Shown here piece by piece: positions 39,967 to 50,752 of a stretch of DNA of 64,000 nt. The number at the start of each line of letters is the position of its first letter. Position 1 is the first letter of the stretch. The notes beneath the pieces were generated by a model, which saw only the letters and a list, made by a program, of their open reading frames with translations, was not told the origin of the DNA and searched no databases. The position numbers and the translations under genes are program-made. The stretch is from Candidatus Marinacidobacterales bacterium (GTDB lineage Bacteria; Acidobacteriota; Vicinamibacteria; Marinacidobacterales; DATDRI01), in assembly GCA_965226495.1 (NCBI GenBank), contig OZ245365.1, positions 4,064,001-4,128,000 on the forward strand, read 5' to 3'.

Positions 39967-41904
39967 CTAGCGACGGAACTCGATCCAATCCACCGCCGCG
40001 GTAGCGTTTCGACCATGAAAATCGGGAATGACCGTTCTCGGCGTCGCCGAGTAAGTTAGGACCACTTCGTTCAGCCCGGCATGGAGGAAATCCCTTGGAA
40101 CGGTGAATACGTACTCCGACCAATCGTCGGTTAGGTCTTTCTCACCGATCATCTCGCCGTTGACGTCGACGCGGATCCGCACCTCCACTGCCTTCATTTC
40201 AGGCATTTCAGCCGTTGCAGGTCGGGCCCGGAGAACAAGGGTCGAGTCCGCAGGCCGCCGGATCGGCACCGCAAGCCACGACCGGCGCCCCCGCGAAAGC
40301 CGATAGGTAATGCCGTCTTTCCCGTCTTTTCCTTCAGGTGGAAACCATCCCTCGCCCACCAGCGGGAAATAGCCCTCGGGTTCGCTTCCCAGGTCGATTC
40401 TGCCATTCAAAGAAAGAGATCCCTCGTCGATCCAAACACCCTTGAGGTTGTCATAGAGTAAAACCCACAGCGCACGAGGCATCCATTCCTGCGCTCGAAG
40501 CAGTTTCCGGTAGAGCAAATCCACCTGTGCCGCGGCGACGCGCTCGAGTGTCGCGGCCTCATCTCTCTTCGAGACCAACTCGGCGTTATAGATGTAGCCG
40601 AGCTGAAGGTTCCACCCAATCAAACCGGCGACCGCCAGCGCTAAGAGGATCAGCGGGCGGTGCCGAAGATAGTCAAAAGTGAACCCCAACCCGAGAGCCA
40701 GTACTGGGAGCATCCCGAGCATGCGCCTCTGTCCGAAGGATTCAGAACCCCACCAGTCTCCGGTCGAGCTGTTGATAGCCACCGCCGCGAAGAACGCCAG
40801 CCACACACCGAGCCCCACACGGGGCGAACGCTTGGAAAGGATCCCCCATCCGATGAGCGAGCCGATAAACAAAGGCGTCCAGGTCAAAAGGCCGTGACGT
40901 GGTGAAAGCAAAAACGCCACGGCGTGTGGCCAGGTGCGACCGATCTTGCCGTGAAAGAACACGACACGGACGAAGTCCCAGCCGTAGAGGTACAACCAAA
41001 TGCCTCCCTGAAAAAATCCACAAAGCAGAGGACCCGCTAGAAATGCTACGAGCAGGCGCAATCGTTGCGGCCGACCCCCAAGCACCAAATCCACGACGGG
41101 CATGATGAGTAGGGCTGCGTCTTGCACCCTTACCAACATCATCAGGCCACCGAAGACACCGCTCACAACCCACATGGCATGGTCATCGTTTTCCCGTGCC
41201 TTCAACCAGGATAGAACGAAGCACGTGGCAAGCAAGACGGACAGACCGTGGGACATGAACGGATTCGCCGACATATAGAAATGCAGTGGGGTTGCCAGCC
41301 AAATCGCGGCAACAACAAGCAGAGCGATCGCTCGGCCGTGACGCCGACGCAAGGCTCCTTCGAGCAGGAACAAAGCCAGGAATCCATAGACATAGGTGGC
41401 GACGTTGACCGCGACCTGGTAGACGGGAGAAAACCCGTCGGTCTTTACATCCGCACCCAACCAAGAAGCCACGCTGACCGAGACATGAGTGAGCCAAAGT
41501 GGGGGGATCCAGAAGAGGGGCAGCCCTACCGGAAACCGGCTGGTCACTTCGCCTTGAGCAGAACGGATCGGCGGAGCACTGAGTCCGTGATAATCGTTTT
41601 CTAGCTCCAGGTCCCAATCGAATAGCAGCGATCGAGACTGGACGTAGTACTCGACTCCATCGCCTCCAACCCGAGTGTGAACGGACGACAGGTAATAGAG
41701 GGCGAGTAGGAGGAGGACCAGACGCGGACCATCGAGCCACCTGCCCTGTGGCTTGCTCAGGAAGAGCGCGGCTACCGCCGCTCCCGCGGTGAGGATCCTC
41801 AGAAAGGTCGCGACCGACCCCGGCAAGCCCGCCGCCACGAAGACCTTGGCCGCGACGGCGAGAACCGCCAGAGCGATGATGGTGCGTTCCCACCTGGTGG
41901 GCAT
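39967..41904 (-). CDS. GT-C-like polytopic membrane protein with C-terminal extracellular beta domain
   Basis: GDG.EYY...RS...D.DL, TPL.FY...P.MSH and WWG..SFG.RR motifs; many TM helices. Confidence 0.75.
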   Translation of the reverse strand: MPTRWERTIIALAVLAVAAKVFVAAGLPGSVATFLRILTAGAAVAALFLSKPQGRWLDGPRLVLLLLALYYLSSVHTRVGGDGVEYYVQSRSLLFDWDLELENDYHGLSAPPIRSAQGEVTSRFPVGLPLFWIPPLWLTHVSVSVASWLGADVKTDGFSPVYQVAVNVATYVYGFLALFLLEGALRRRHGRAIALLVVAAIWLATPLHFYMSANPFMSHGLSVLLATCFVLSWLKARENDDHAMWVVSGVFGGLMMLVRVQDAALLIMPVVDLVLGGRPQRLRLLVAFLAGPLLCGFFQGGIWLYLYGWDFVRVVFFHGKIGRTWPHAVAFLLSPRHGLLTWTPLFIGSLIGWGILSKRSPRVGLGVWLAFFAAVAINSSTGDWWGSESFGQRRMLGMLPVLALGLGFTFDYLRHRPLILLALAVAGLIGWNLQLGYIYNAELVSKRDEAATLERVAAAQVDLLYRKLLRAQEWMPRALWVLLYDNLKGVWIDEGSLSLNGRIDLGSEPEGYFPLVGEGWFPPEGKDGKDGITYRLSRGRRSWLAVPIRRPADSTLVLRARPATAEMPEMKAVEVRIRVDVNGEMIGEKDLTDDWSEYVFTVPRDFLHAGLNEVVLTYSATPRTVIPDFHGRNATAAVDWIEFRR

Positions 41905-41914
41905 TCAGAATCCG

Positions 41915-42820
41915 CTACTCTCGGTAGTGATCCGCGAGCTCGACCCAGAGGGCCAGGCCTCGGTACCGGCCGAAGCGCTCATAGTAGCGCTCGATCGACT
42001 TGTCAGGGGCGCGCCGGCCGCGCCGGTGCCGCTCGGCGAACATTTTTCGACACGCGGTGTCGAGGGCCAGACGATCATAGGATCCCAGTAGCAACCCCAA
42101 CCCCGCCGCAGCGTAAGGACCCACGCCGGGCAAAGTGCGTAGGCGTCGATGGAGTTCCTCGCCGTCGAGCTGCTCGGTCCGCAATGACTCCAGGTCTAGC
42201 TTACCCGACGCAACGTCCCTGGCGATCTTGTGGAGGTAAGCCGAACGGTAGCCGGCCCGTATCTTGCGGTCGAAAGAAACTGCGGTATCGGCGGCGATCG
42301 CCTCTGGCCTGGGGAAACTTCGGCCGGCCACCGAATCGGAAGCGCCATAGCTTTCGACCAAACGTTTGGCCATCGCGGTCGTCTGGCTCCAGGTGCAGTT
42401 CGTCGTGCAGATCATCTTGACGACGTCTTCGAACACCGTCGGCGCCCTCATCATTCTCCCCGCACCCTTCCGCCGGGCCCAACGCAGAGCCGGCTGAGCA
42501 GAGAGTGCACGGTAAAACGGTGATAAATCCTCGTCGAACCGGAGGACACTCGCGATCTGCCGTCGGGCTTCGGACAGCGCCTTTGAATCGAGCGTGGCGG
42601 ACGACTCCAACCGCGCTACGAGCTTTCCGCGATTACTCGGACGGCCAAGCGACACGCGGGCCAGCCGACGCCCGGGAAGCTCGAGGACACCATTGAGCTT
42701 CTGTTGATCTTCGTCGACCGAGAACGGCGCCAGGATGCACCAACCGTGGCTGCACACGGTGTTCCAAAAGTGGAAGTTCGGTGGTGGCGTGCTGAAACTA
42801 AGCCGGCTCACGCGCCCCAT
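41915..42820 (-). CDS. HhH-GPD DNA glycosylase (AlkA/OGG-like)
   Basis: SHGW..LAP, PTVFED.VK.I.TTN, AGYR and LPGVGPY motifs. Confidence 0.85.
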   Translation of the reverse strand: MGRVSRLSFSTPPPNFHFWNTVCSHGWCILAPFSVDEDQQKLNGVLELPGRRLARVSLGRPSNRGKLVARLESSATLDSKALSEARRQIASVLRFDEDLSPFYRALSAQPALRWARRKGAGRMMRAPTVFEDVVKMICTTNCTWSQTTAMAKRLVESYGASDSVAGRSFPRPEAIAADTAVSFDRKIRAGYRSAYLHKIARDVASGKLDLESLRTEQLDGEELHRRLRTLPGVGPYAAAGLGLLLGSYDRLALDTACRKMFAERHRRGRRAPDKSIERYYERFGRYRGLALWVELADHYRE

Positions 42821-42867
42821 GGCGGTTTATGCTAGCATCAATATGGATGTCCAAGGAGGAGAAAAAC

Positions 42868-44397
42868 GTGGCCCGTCTCGTATTTTCGGTCATTCTCGCC
42901 CTAGGCTTTTGCTCCTTACCTGTCGTCGCAGGAGAGCTGCAAGAAGATCTGCGAGCGCGACGCGCGCGGGTCCTCGAACAGTTAGGACCGCACTCGATGC
43001 TCATACTCTGGAGCGCGGATCTCAAGAGTTATTCCAATGATGTCGAGTACGAGTTCCGGCAGGACAGCGACCTTTACTACCTGACTGGCATGGAGCAAGA
43101 CGAGACCATTCTCGTGCTCATGCCCGGCAACGAGACGCGAAAGGAAATTCTTTTCATCAAGGAGAAAGACCCAGAGAGAGAGCATTGGGAAGGTCAGATC
43201 ATGAGCGAGACGGATGCGACCACCCACACGGGTATCGAGACCGTCTACTTGGTGGATCGCTTCGACTCCTTCGTGAGGTCCCTGCTATCGGGCCGGCCGT
43301 TCGACGTGCCGCGCTATCGTGCCTCGACGGAGTACAGCGCCTTCTTCGAAGCCCTCGCCGATAACCGCGCGCGGGTGGCGCTCGCCCTCACCGAGTTACC
43401 CGAGCTCAAAGGTGAACTGTCGTACCCCCTACAGTTCGCGCAGCGGATCCGAGAACGTTATTTCGGTCTCGACGTTCAGAACGCCGCCGACATCATCCAC
43501 AAGCTCCGACAGATCAAGACTCCATACGAGGCTGAACTGCTGCGGCGAAGCGGCGTGATAGCGAGCGAGGGGCACTTGGCCGGCATGCGCGCCGCTCTCT
43601 CGGCACAGTATGAGTACGAGGTCGAGGCGGCGATCGAATCAACCTACATGCGCTTGGGAGCCTACGGATCGAGCTATCCGGCGATCGTAGCAAGTGGACC
43701 CAACGCGACCATTCTCCACTACTCGACATCGCGCGGCAAGATAGAACCGGAGGATCTACTTCTCGTGGACTCCGCGGCGAACTATCAGTATCAAACGGTA
43801 GACATCACTCGCACCTATCCCGTGAGCGGAACGTTTGACCCGCAGCAAAAAGACATTTACCGCATCGTCCTTGCCGCACAAGATGCGGGTATGGAAGCGG
43901 CGCTGGCGGGTAGCACGCTGAATGACGTCCACCTGGCCACCGTCGAGGTCGTTAAGCAAGGCTTGTTGAATGTCGGCCTCATTACCGACACTTCCGGAGA
44001 TCAGTATCGAACCTGGTACACCCACGGTGCCTGTCACTGGATCGGCATGGACGTGCACGACGTCGGCGAGCGAGATCGGCCACTCGAGCCCGGCATGGCA
44101 TTCGTTATCGAGCCCGGCATCTATATCCGGGAAGGAGCGCTCGATCACCTACCAGACGACCCCGAGAATGCCGCCTTCATCGAGAAAGTCCGGTCCGCCT
44201 ACAAAAAGTACAAGGACATCGGCGTCCGTATCGAGGACTCTTTCCTCCTCACTGAATCTGGACTCGAGCACCTTTCGGGAACGGTTCCCCGCACTATCAA
44301 CGCTATCGAACGGCACATGAGCTCCGGCTCAACGACCAGTACCGTTCCAAGTAATCTCGCCACGGACGACAGCGGTGCCCGGCAGCGCCCAGAGTGA
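42868..44397 (+). CDS. Xaa-Pro aminopeptidase (M24B), exported
   Basis: FRQDSDLYYLTG, LHY, DITRT, HWIGMDVHD, EPGIY and GVRIED motifs; GGAGGA RBS. Confidence 0.92.
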   Translation: MARLVFSVILALGFCSLPVVAGELQEDLRARRARVLEQLGPHSMLILWSADLKSYSNDVEYEFRQDSDLYYLTGMEQDETILVLMPGNETRKEILFIKEKDPEREHWEGQIMSETDATTHTGIETVYLVDRFDSFVRSLLSGRPFDVPRYRASTEYSAFFEALADNRARVALALTELPELKGELSYPLQFAQRIRERYFGLDVQNAADIIHKLRQIKTPYEAELLRRSGVIASEGHLAGMRAALSAQYEYEVEAAIESTYMRLGAYGSSYPAIVASGPNATILHYSTSRGKIEPEDLLLVDSAANYQYQTVDITRTYPVSGTFDPQQKDIYRIVLAAQDAGMEAALAGSTLNDVHLATVEVVKQGLLNVGLITDTSGDQYRTWYTHGACHWIGMDVHDVGERDRPLEPGMAFVIEPGIYIREGALDHLPDDPENAAFIEKVRSAYKKYKDIGVRIEDSFLLTESGLEHLSGTVPRTINAIERHMSSGSTTSTVPSNLATDDSGARQRPE

Positions 44398-44427
44398 AAT
44401 TGGCCGATCGATTCCTGGCGGATCAAG

Positions 44428-44928
44428 TTGGAACCGGCACCAGTGGATCTCAGCAAGACGTCCGCGGGGGCTCCTTCTCTTCATGTGGTGCTCCTCGAGC
44501 CGGAGATTCACTGGAATACGGGAAACGCCGGACGAAGCTGTCTCACGTTTGGTGCCCAACTTCACTTGATCGAGCCGCTCGGTTTCTCCTTGGACGAGAA
44601 AGAAGTCCGGCGGGCGGGACTCGACTATTGGCCGCGCGTCAAGCCACGAGTGTGGCCGAACTGGCGATCGTTCGAATCGCAACTCACCGAACTTGGCGAG
44701 CCCTACTTCGTCAGCCCGGAAGCGCCGCGGCGAATCCACGACGTACGCTTCCCTCGAAAGACCGTCTTGGTCTTCGGCCGAGAAAGCAGTGGTCTTCCCG
44801 CGGGGGTGCGCGAGGCCTACCGCGACCGGCTAATCTCCATCCCCATGCTCGATCCGGAAATCCGGTCGTTGAACGTGTCCACGTGCGTAGGCATCACGCT
44901 TTATGAAGTTCTACGGCAGAAAACATAG
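44428..44928 (+). CDS. trmL: tRNA (cytidine/uridine 34-2'-O)-methyltransferase
   Basis: PEI..NTGN, RRAGLDYW, FGRES.GLP and RSLN SPOUT motifs. Confidence 0.9.
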   Translation: MEPAPVDLSKTSAGAPSLHVVLLEPEIHWNTGNAGRSCLTFGAQLHLIEPLGFSLDEKEVRRAGLDYWPRVKPRVWPNWRSFESQLTELGEPYFVSPEAPRRIHDVRFPRKTVLVFGRESSGLPAGVREAYRDRLISIPMLDPEIRSLNVSTCVGITLYEVLRQKT

Positions 44929-44995
44929 CGATTCGAGGGGCTGAAGTCCAACGAGGTTTGTTGGACTCCGAAGTGGTGTGCTAGCATCGATTTTC

Positions 44996-46585
44996 GTGTC
45001 GAAAAACTCGAGTAAGGCTCGGCAAACCAGCTCTGGCATTCCCATCCCCGAGGTCTACACGTCCGGAAATTTACAGGGATGGGACGCGGAGCGGCAGCTC
45101 GGCTTCCCCGGCGCACCACCGTTCACTCGCGGCAACCATCCGGAAGGATATCGCGGCCGGCTTTGGACGATGCGTCAGTATGCCGGCTACGCAACGGCCG
45201 AAGAGTCGAACCGTCGCTATCGCTATCTCCTCGAGCAAGGGCAAAGCGGGCTATCGGTCGCCTTCGACCTCCCCACTCAAATCGGCTATGACTCTGACCA
45301 CCACTTGGCACAAGGAGAAGTCGGACGCGTAGGTGTCGCCATCGACTCTCTCGAGGACATGGAGATCCTCTTCAAAGACATTCCTCTCGATCGGGTCTCG
45401 ACATCGATGACCATCAATGCGACGGCCGCGATTCTCCTGGCGCTCTACATAGCGGTAGGCCGCAAACAAAATGTCCCGGAGGAGAAGCTATCCGGGACCG
45501 TGCAAAACGACATCCTCAAGGAGTACACCGCCCGGGGCACATACATTTATCCGCCCGCGGCTTCGATGCGGATCACCACCGATATCATTGCATTTTGCGG
45601 CCGATCGGTTCCGCGTTTCAATCCCATCAGCATCAGCGGTTATCACATTCGGGAGGCGGGCTCGACCGCGGCTCAGGAATTAGCGTTCACGTTGGCGGAC
45701 GGCATCGAATACGTCAAAGCAGCGGTCGCCGCAGGCTTGGACGTGGACGATTTCGGCAATCGACTGTCTTTCTTCTTCAACTCGCATCGGAACTTTCTGG
45801 AAGAGATTGCGAAGTTTCGGGCGGCTCGCCGAATCTGGGGAAAAATCCTCCGCGAGCGCTTCGGTTCTAAGAACCCTCGTGCCCAAATGCTGCGCTTCCA
45901 TGCCCAAACTGCGGGCTCCACCCTGACCGCCCAGCAGCCCAACATCAACGTCGTGCGCACCACACTGCAGGCCCTGGCTGCCGTGCTCGGCGGTACCCAG
46001 TCGCTTCACTGCAATGCCCTCGACGAAGCTCTGGGGCTACCAACGGAAGCAACTGCAGAGCTCGCACTCCGAACGCAGCAAGTACTCGCGTTCGAAAGCG
46101 GAATTGCCGATACAGTAGATCCTCTCGCAGGCTCCTACGCCGTCGAGTCACTTACCGATGCCGTCCAAGAAAAAGCCGAAGCGCTGCTTTCTGAGATCGA
46201 CGAGCGTGGAGGAGCACTCAAAGCCATCGAGGCCGGCTGGGTCCAGGCCCAGATCCAGGACGCCGCCTACAAGTTTCAAAATGACCTCGACTCCGAGGAG
46301 GCAACGGTGGTGGGAGTGAACGCCTTCACAAAGGGTGAGAAAGTGCCCATCGAAGTCTTCACGATCGATCCGGAGGTGGAAAAGCTTCAAGAAAAGCGAC
46401 TAGCGGCATTGAAATCCCACCGTAACCCCGAGGCCGCAGCGAGCGCGCTTGATCGGGTAGAAAGGGCGGCGGGTTCCGACGAGAACTTGATGCCGCCTAT
46501 CCTCGATGCGGTGGAAGTTTACGCGACGCTAGGTGAGATCTCGGATCGACTGCGAAACGTCTTTGGAGAGTACCGGAGCAGCTAG
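44996..46585 (+). CDS. Methylmalonyl-CoA mutase, substrate-binding subunit (no B12-binding domain)
   Basis: [29 protein letters not shown] and SISGYH motifs; Tyr/Arg specificity residues of MCM type. Confidence 0.93.
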   Translation: MSKNSSKARQTSSGIPIPEVYTSGNLQGWDAERQLGFPGAPPFTRGNHPEGYRGRLWTMRQYAGYATAEESNRRYRYLLEQGQSGLSVAFDLPTQIGYDSDHHLAQGEVGRVGVAIDSLEDMEILFKDIPLDRVSTSMTINATAAILLALYIAVGRKQNVPEEKLSGTVQNDILKEYTARGTYIYPPAASMRITTDIIAFCGRSVPRFNPISISGYHIREAGSTAAQELAFTLADGIEYVKAAVAAGLDVDDFGNRLSFFFNSHRNFLEEIAKFRAARRIWGKILRERFGSKNPRAQMLRFHAQTAGSTLTAQQPNINVVRTTLQALAAVLGGTQSLHCNALDEALGLPTEATAELALRTQQVLAFESGIADTVDPLAGSYAVESLTDAVQEKAEALLSEIDERGGALKAIEAGWVQAQIQDAAYKFQNDLDSEEATVVGVNAFTKGEKVPIEVFTIDPEVEKLQEKRLAALKSHRNPEAAASALDRVERAAGSDENLMPPILDAVEVYATLGEISDRLRNVFGEYRSS

Positions 46586-46820
46586 GGTGTCAAAGAATTG
46601 ACTGCAGCCTGCGCGAAGAGCCGTCGGCCGTCCCGCAGCCGCTTGCCGGCGAAGGGACGAGCCGTGGGGGTGGGGCCCCACGGCATTGATAGAGGAGCGA
46701 GGCGCCAAGCGCGCGAACACAGCCATGAGCCCATGCGAAGTCGTCAACCGACGCAGCATGAGGCGTGGGGGTGGGGCCCCGCGCCATTCATGGAAGAGTG
46801 AGCGTGCACTGAGACATTAG
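46583..46820. repeat. Intergenic MITE/REP-like element, long copy with two GTGGGGGTGGGGCCCC hairpins
   Basis: cgtgggggtggggcccc at 46663 and 46764; 46692-46718 is the reverse complement of 11330-11356. Confidence 0.8.
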
Positions 46821-47381
46821 ATGCTGTGCTCAATTTGCCGGGGAGACCACCCCGAAACCGATTCTCGAGCCCTTTCGATCCTCGCGTCGACACCGCGACG
46901 CTTGGAGAAGCTTCTGTCTTCAGTCGGACCTCGGGAAGCAGTGGCCCGCCCGATGCGCGGAAAATGGTCGATCAAAGAAATCGTCTCCCACTTGGCCGAC
47001 ACCGAGCTCGTTTATGGATATCGCTACCGGAGGACGATTGCCGAGCCCGGCGCGAGTCTCGGTGAGTTCGATCAAGAGATCTGGGCGAAGGAGCTTCTCT
47101 ATCGAAGACAGCCACTCGACGCGATGGAAGGAGCATTTAGCGCCCTGCGAAAGCAGAACCTCATTCTGCTGAAGTTGGTCTCCAAAGACGTCTGGTCGCA
47201 GCACGCCTCCCACCCCGAGTACGGGACTATCAGCTTGCGGGAGATGGTTACGCATATGGCGACCCACGACAGGACTCATCTTTCTCAGATAGAGCGCCTC
47301 GCCGCGGTGGTCGACAAGCGCTCGAAGAAAAGAAAGACGGCAAAGACAGCGAAGAAACGGTCTTCCCGCAAAGCCAAATGA
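46821..47381 (+). CDS. DinB family protein
   Basis: WSIKEIVSHLAD.E and HD..H..QI motifs; basic C-terminal tail. Confidence 0.85.
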   Translation: MLCSICRGDHPETDSRALSILASTPRRLEKLLSSVGPREAVARPMRGKWSIKEIVSHLADTELVYGYRYRRTIAEPGASLGEFDQEIWAKELLYRRQPLDAMEGAFSALRKQNLILLKLVSKDVWSQHASHPEYGTISLREMVTHMATHDRTHLSQIERLAAVVDKRSKKRKTAKTAKKRSSRKAK

Positions 47382-48391
47382 ACGAGACGATCCTCGAAGT
47401 CCGCGGCCTCTCCGTACAATTCGACACCGCGACCGGTCCGATCCGTGCCGTCGACGACGTTCACTTGAACATCGCGCGGGGTCAAACGGTAGGCTTGGTT
47501 GGAGAGTCCGGCTGCGGAAAATCCACGTTGGCTTACGCGCTTCTCAGACTCGTTCCCCCACCGGGACGCATCGTGGAGGGTGAGATCCTCTGGAAAGGCA
47601 AGGATCTCCTGAGGCTCCCTGAAAAGGAGATTCGGCGGGTGCGCGGCAAAGAGATTGCGCTCATCTTCCAGGAGCCTTCGGCGGCTCTGAACCCCGTCCT
47701 CACCGTGGGGGATCAAGTGGCCGAGCCCCTTCGCGTCCACCAAGGCATGAATCGGAGAGATGCCTTGGCGCAGGCGGTCGAGCTCTTGCGCGCCGTGCGT
47801 ATCCCCGACGCAGAGACGCGGGTCGACGACTACCCTCACCAAATGAGCGGTGGGATGAAGCAACGGGTCTTGATCGCAATGGCCATCGCCTGCTCTCCCG
47901 ATCTCCTGGTTGCCGATGAACCGACCACCGCGCTCGACGTCACGATCCAGGCGCAAATTCTAGAGCTGCTCGACCAACTGAAGGAACAATTCCAACTCTC
48001 CATCCTCTTGGTCAGTCACGATCTGGGAGTGGTCGCCCAAAACGCCAACCGTGTCGCAGTCATGTATGCTGGGCGAATCGTGGAAGAGGCCCCGGTCGAT
48101 TCGCTGTTCAAGGATCCCAAGCATCCGTACACCTCCGGACTGCTTCGCTCTCTACCCCGTCGCAGCGGGACATCCTCGAGAGGTCCCCAAGGCGCGAGAC
48201 GGAGGCTAGAAGCAATCCGTGGGACGGTTCCCGATCTCGCCGAGCTCCCCCCCGGCTGCGCCTTCGCGCCTCGTTGCCCGCTCGAGTTCGACCTGTGTGC
48301 AAGCGCCGTACCACCTCTCACGGAGATCGCATCGGGACACCTCGCCGCATGCTACAAACACGAGGCAGTCATAAACGCACGGAAGTCATAA
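47378..48391 (+). CDS. Oligopeptide/dipeptide ABC transporter ATPase (OppD/DppD-like)
   Basis: [24 protein letters not shown] and HPYT motifs; C-terminal Cys cluster. Confidence 0.93.
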   Translation: MNETILEVRGLSVQFDTATGPIRAVDDVHLNIARGQTVGLVGESGCGKSTLAYALLRLVPPPGRIVEGEILWKGKDLLRLPEKEIRRVRGKEIALIFQEPSAALNPVLTVGDQVAEPLRVHQGMNRRDALAQAVELLRAVRIPDAETRVDDYPHQMSGGMKQRVLIAMAIACSPDLLVADEPTTALDVTIQAQILELLDQLKEQFQLSILLVSHDLGVVAQNANRVAVMYAGRIVEEAPVDSLFKDPKHPYTSGLLRSLPRRSGTSSRGPQGARRRLEAIRGTVPDLAELPPGCAFAPRCPLEFDLCASAVPPLTEIASGHLAACYKHEAVINARKS

Positions 48392-48395
48392 GGGA

Positions 48396-49385
48396 ATGTC
48401 AGTGGACGCTCCGATTCTCGAGGTACGAAAGCTCGTAAAGCGTTTCCCGGTTCGGCGCGGCGTGTTCCAGCGCACGGTGGCGCAGGTTCACGCCGTCGAC
48501 GACGTGAGTTTCGACATCCGTCCGGGCGAGACACTCTCCCTCGTCGGCGAATCGGGCTCCGGAAAGACGACCACCGGCAGGTGTGTGCTGAGACTCGTGG
48601 AGCCCACCTCCGGCGAAGTCCGATTCGAGGGTCAGGACATTCTCGGATTGGACCGACGCTCGCTCCGCAAACTTCGGCGCAAGACCCAAGTCATTTTCCA
48701 GGACCCTTACAGCTCGCTGAACCCTCGAATGAGGGTCGGCTCGATCGTAGCCGAGCCGTTGGTCATTCACCGCGCCGGAACACGACAAGAAAGAGCAGAG
48801 CGAACCGCGGAGCTCTTGACGATGGTGGGACTCGATCCGCATGTGGGCTCTCGCTATCCACATGAGTTCAGTGGTGGACAGCGACAACGAATCGGGATCG
48901 CACGCGCCCTGGCGCTCAATCCACGCTTCATCGTAGCGGACGAGCCGGTCAGTTCTCTCGACGTATCTATTCAAGCGCAGATCTTGAACCTCTTGGTCGA
49001 CCTTCAGGAAAAACTCAATCTGTCGTATCTCTTCATTGCGCACGATCTGCGTATCGTCGAGCACATCAGCGACCGCGTAGCGGTTATGTACCTGGGAAAA
49101 CTCGTGGAGCTGGCGCCCACCGCGGAGCTCTACCGAAGCCCACAACACCCGTACACGCAGGCCCTCCTGGCTTCCGTCCCCGAGCCCGATCCCCAGAAAG
49201 CTAAAACGGCCACCCTCGTACAAGGGGACCCGCCGACGCCGCTGGACCCACCCTCCGGGTGCCGGTTTCACCCGCGTTGCCCGGTCGCGGTGGAGCGCTG
49301 CCGAAGCGAGGAACCGCCCCTGGTGGACGTGGGAGGTGGCCACTTGACGGCCTGCCACTTGGTTCCCCCAGCTGGTACTATTTAA
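48396..49385 (+). CDS. Oligopeptide/dipeptide ABC transporter ATPase (OppF/DppF-like)
   Basis: [31 protein letters not shown] and HPYT motifs. Confidence 0.93.
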   Translation: MSVDAPILEVRKLVKRFPVRRGVFQRTVAQVHAVDDVSFDIRPGETLSLVGESGSGKTTTGRCVLRLVEPTSGEVRFEGQDILGLDRRSLRKLRRKTQVIFQDPYSSLNPRMRVGSIVAEPLVIHRAGTRQERAERTAELLTMVGLDPHVGSRYPHEFSGGQRQRIGIARALALNPRFIVADEPVSSLDVSIQAQILNLLVDLQEKLNLSYLFIAHDLRIVEHISDRVAVMYLGKLVELAPTAELYRSPQHPYTQALLASVPEPDPQKAKTATLVQGDPPTPLDPPSGCRFHPRCPVAVERCRSEEPPLVDVGGGHLTACHLVPPAGTI

Positions 49386-49408
49386 AGAGACCCCAATTCG
49401 GAGAAAAT

Positions 49409-50230
49409 GTGGTGTGGGCCAACGAGGCTCTCTCGAACGCGGTCATTCGCTTCCTAACCCGGGAAGTCCATGACTACCAGCGTCGCATCCCCAACAACCT
49501 GGAGAAACTGAAGAAGCACATCCGACCGGGCGACGTCTTGCTGGTCGAAGGCAAGTCGCGCATCTCCCAGATCATCAAGTACCTGACCCAAAGCTCTTGG
49601 TCCCACTCCGCCATCTACATCGGCGACCACATCGAGCTCCGGGGACACCCCATCGCACAGCACTACCGCGATCTCTACGGCGAGGAGTCACGACACTTGC
49701 TGATTGAAGCCGAATTGTCGGGTGGCGTGGCGGCGGTGCCGCTTACCAAGTACCTCGACTACAACTTGAGGCTATGCCGTCCCTACTCTCTGTCGATCGA
49801 TGATCTCGAGAAAGTGCTCGGCGAGGTCATTTCCCATCTTGGCGATACCTACGACCGCAAGAGGCTCCTCGACCTGGGTCGCTACTTGACGCCGTTTTCC
49901 CTCATTCCGGCACGCTGGCGTAAGAAGGCTTTCTTTCACGGCTCCAGCACGTCGCGGGCCGTCATCTGTTCGGGTCTGATCGCTCGAGCGTTCTTGAACG
50001 TCCATTACCCCGTCCTCCCCCTTCCATCGAAGAATCCAAGGGAGGAGGAAGAAAAGGGCCTCTTTCCATTCGGCAAAAAGTTCCGCAGCTTCCCTCCGTA
50101 CTTGGCACTGCCGCGCGACTTCGACCTGTCCCCCTACTTCCAGATCGTTAAATTCAATCTCGTACGAGAAGGCCCGCTCGATTATCGGGCTCTGGAATGG
50201 GAAGGTGTGTTAGACTCTCGCGATCCCTAA
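49409..50230 (+). CDS. YiiX/YebB-like permuted NlpC/P60 cysteine hydrolase
   Basis: PGDVLLVEG, LTQSSWSHSA, ICS.LIA and PRDFD.SPYF motifs; start moved to the GTG after GGAG. Confidence 0.85.
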   Translation: MVWANEALSNAVIRFLTREVHDYQRRIPNNLEKLKKHIRPGDVLLVEGKSRISQIIKYLTQSSWSHSAIYIGDHIELRGHPIAQHYRDLYGEESRHLLIEAELSGGVAAVPLTKYLDYNLRLCRPYSLSIDDLEKVLGEVISHLGDTYDRKRLLDLGRYLTPFSLIPARWRKKAFFHGSSTSRAVICSGLIARAFLNVHYPVLPLPSKNPREEEEKGLFPFGKKFRSFPPYLALPRDFDLSPYFQIVKFNLVREGPLDYRALEWEGVLDSRDP

Positions 50231-50239
50231 AGAGTCTTG

Positions 50240-50752
50240 ATGACGCGACTCGTCGTCTTCGATCTTGATGAAACGCTTTGGAACCTGCCAGGCGGTTACT
50301 GCGCCCAGATGACGCCGCCTTTCCGTCGCGATCGTGATAGCGTTCGCGATGCGTCGGGCTACCAGCTAACCTTGCGGCCTGACGCTCGATCCACGCTCGA
50401 CTCTCTAGAAAGTAGAGGCCTCCTCGTTTCCGTTGCCAGCCGGTCCACACCGGAAACCGCCGGCGAGGTTCTGAAATTACTCGGCCTGTTCGAGCGCTTC
50501 ACGTGTCCGTGCTTCGCCTGGCAAGACAAAGATCTTTCGCTGGATCGCGTCCTGACCGACCTCCGAGAAAAAAAAGGGATCCGCGTCGAACCTCCGGAGG
50601 TCCTGTTCGTGGACGACTGGCCTTCCAATATTCGCGATGCCGCGAAGCTCGGAATCCCCGGGCTGGTGTTCGGCCAAGACATTCACTCTCTTTCGGAAGT
50701 TCTCAATCATCTCAATGGATCAGGAGACAGGAATGCAGTTCGACCTTTTTGA
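50240..50752 (+). CDS. Magnesium-dependent phosphatase-1 (HAD IIIC)
   Basis: FDLDETLW, VASRS and LFVDD motifs. Confidence 0.85.
   Translation: MTRLVVFDLDETLWNLPGGYCAQMTPPFRRDRDSVRDASGYQLTLRPDARSTLDSLESRGLLVSVASRSTPETAGEVLKLLGLFERFTCPCFAWQDKDLSLDRVLTDLREKKGIRVEPPEVLFVDDWPSNIRDAAKLGIPGLVFGQDIHSLSEVLNHLNGSGDRNAVRPF

Noticed and set aside
44996-46585. Isobutyryl- or 2-hydroxyisobutyryl-CoA mutase
   Set aside because: Retains Tyr in RQYAG and Arg in EYTARG, typical of methylmalonyl-CoA mutase
46663-46780. Possible CRISPR array
   Set aside because: Only two 17-bp units 101 bp apart, no cas genes; fits a REP/MITE-like element
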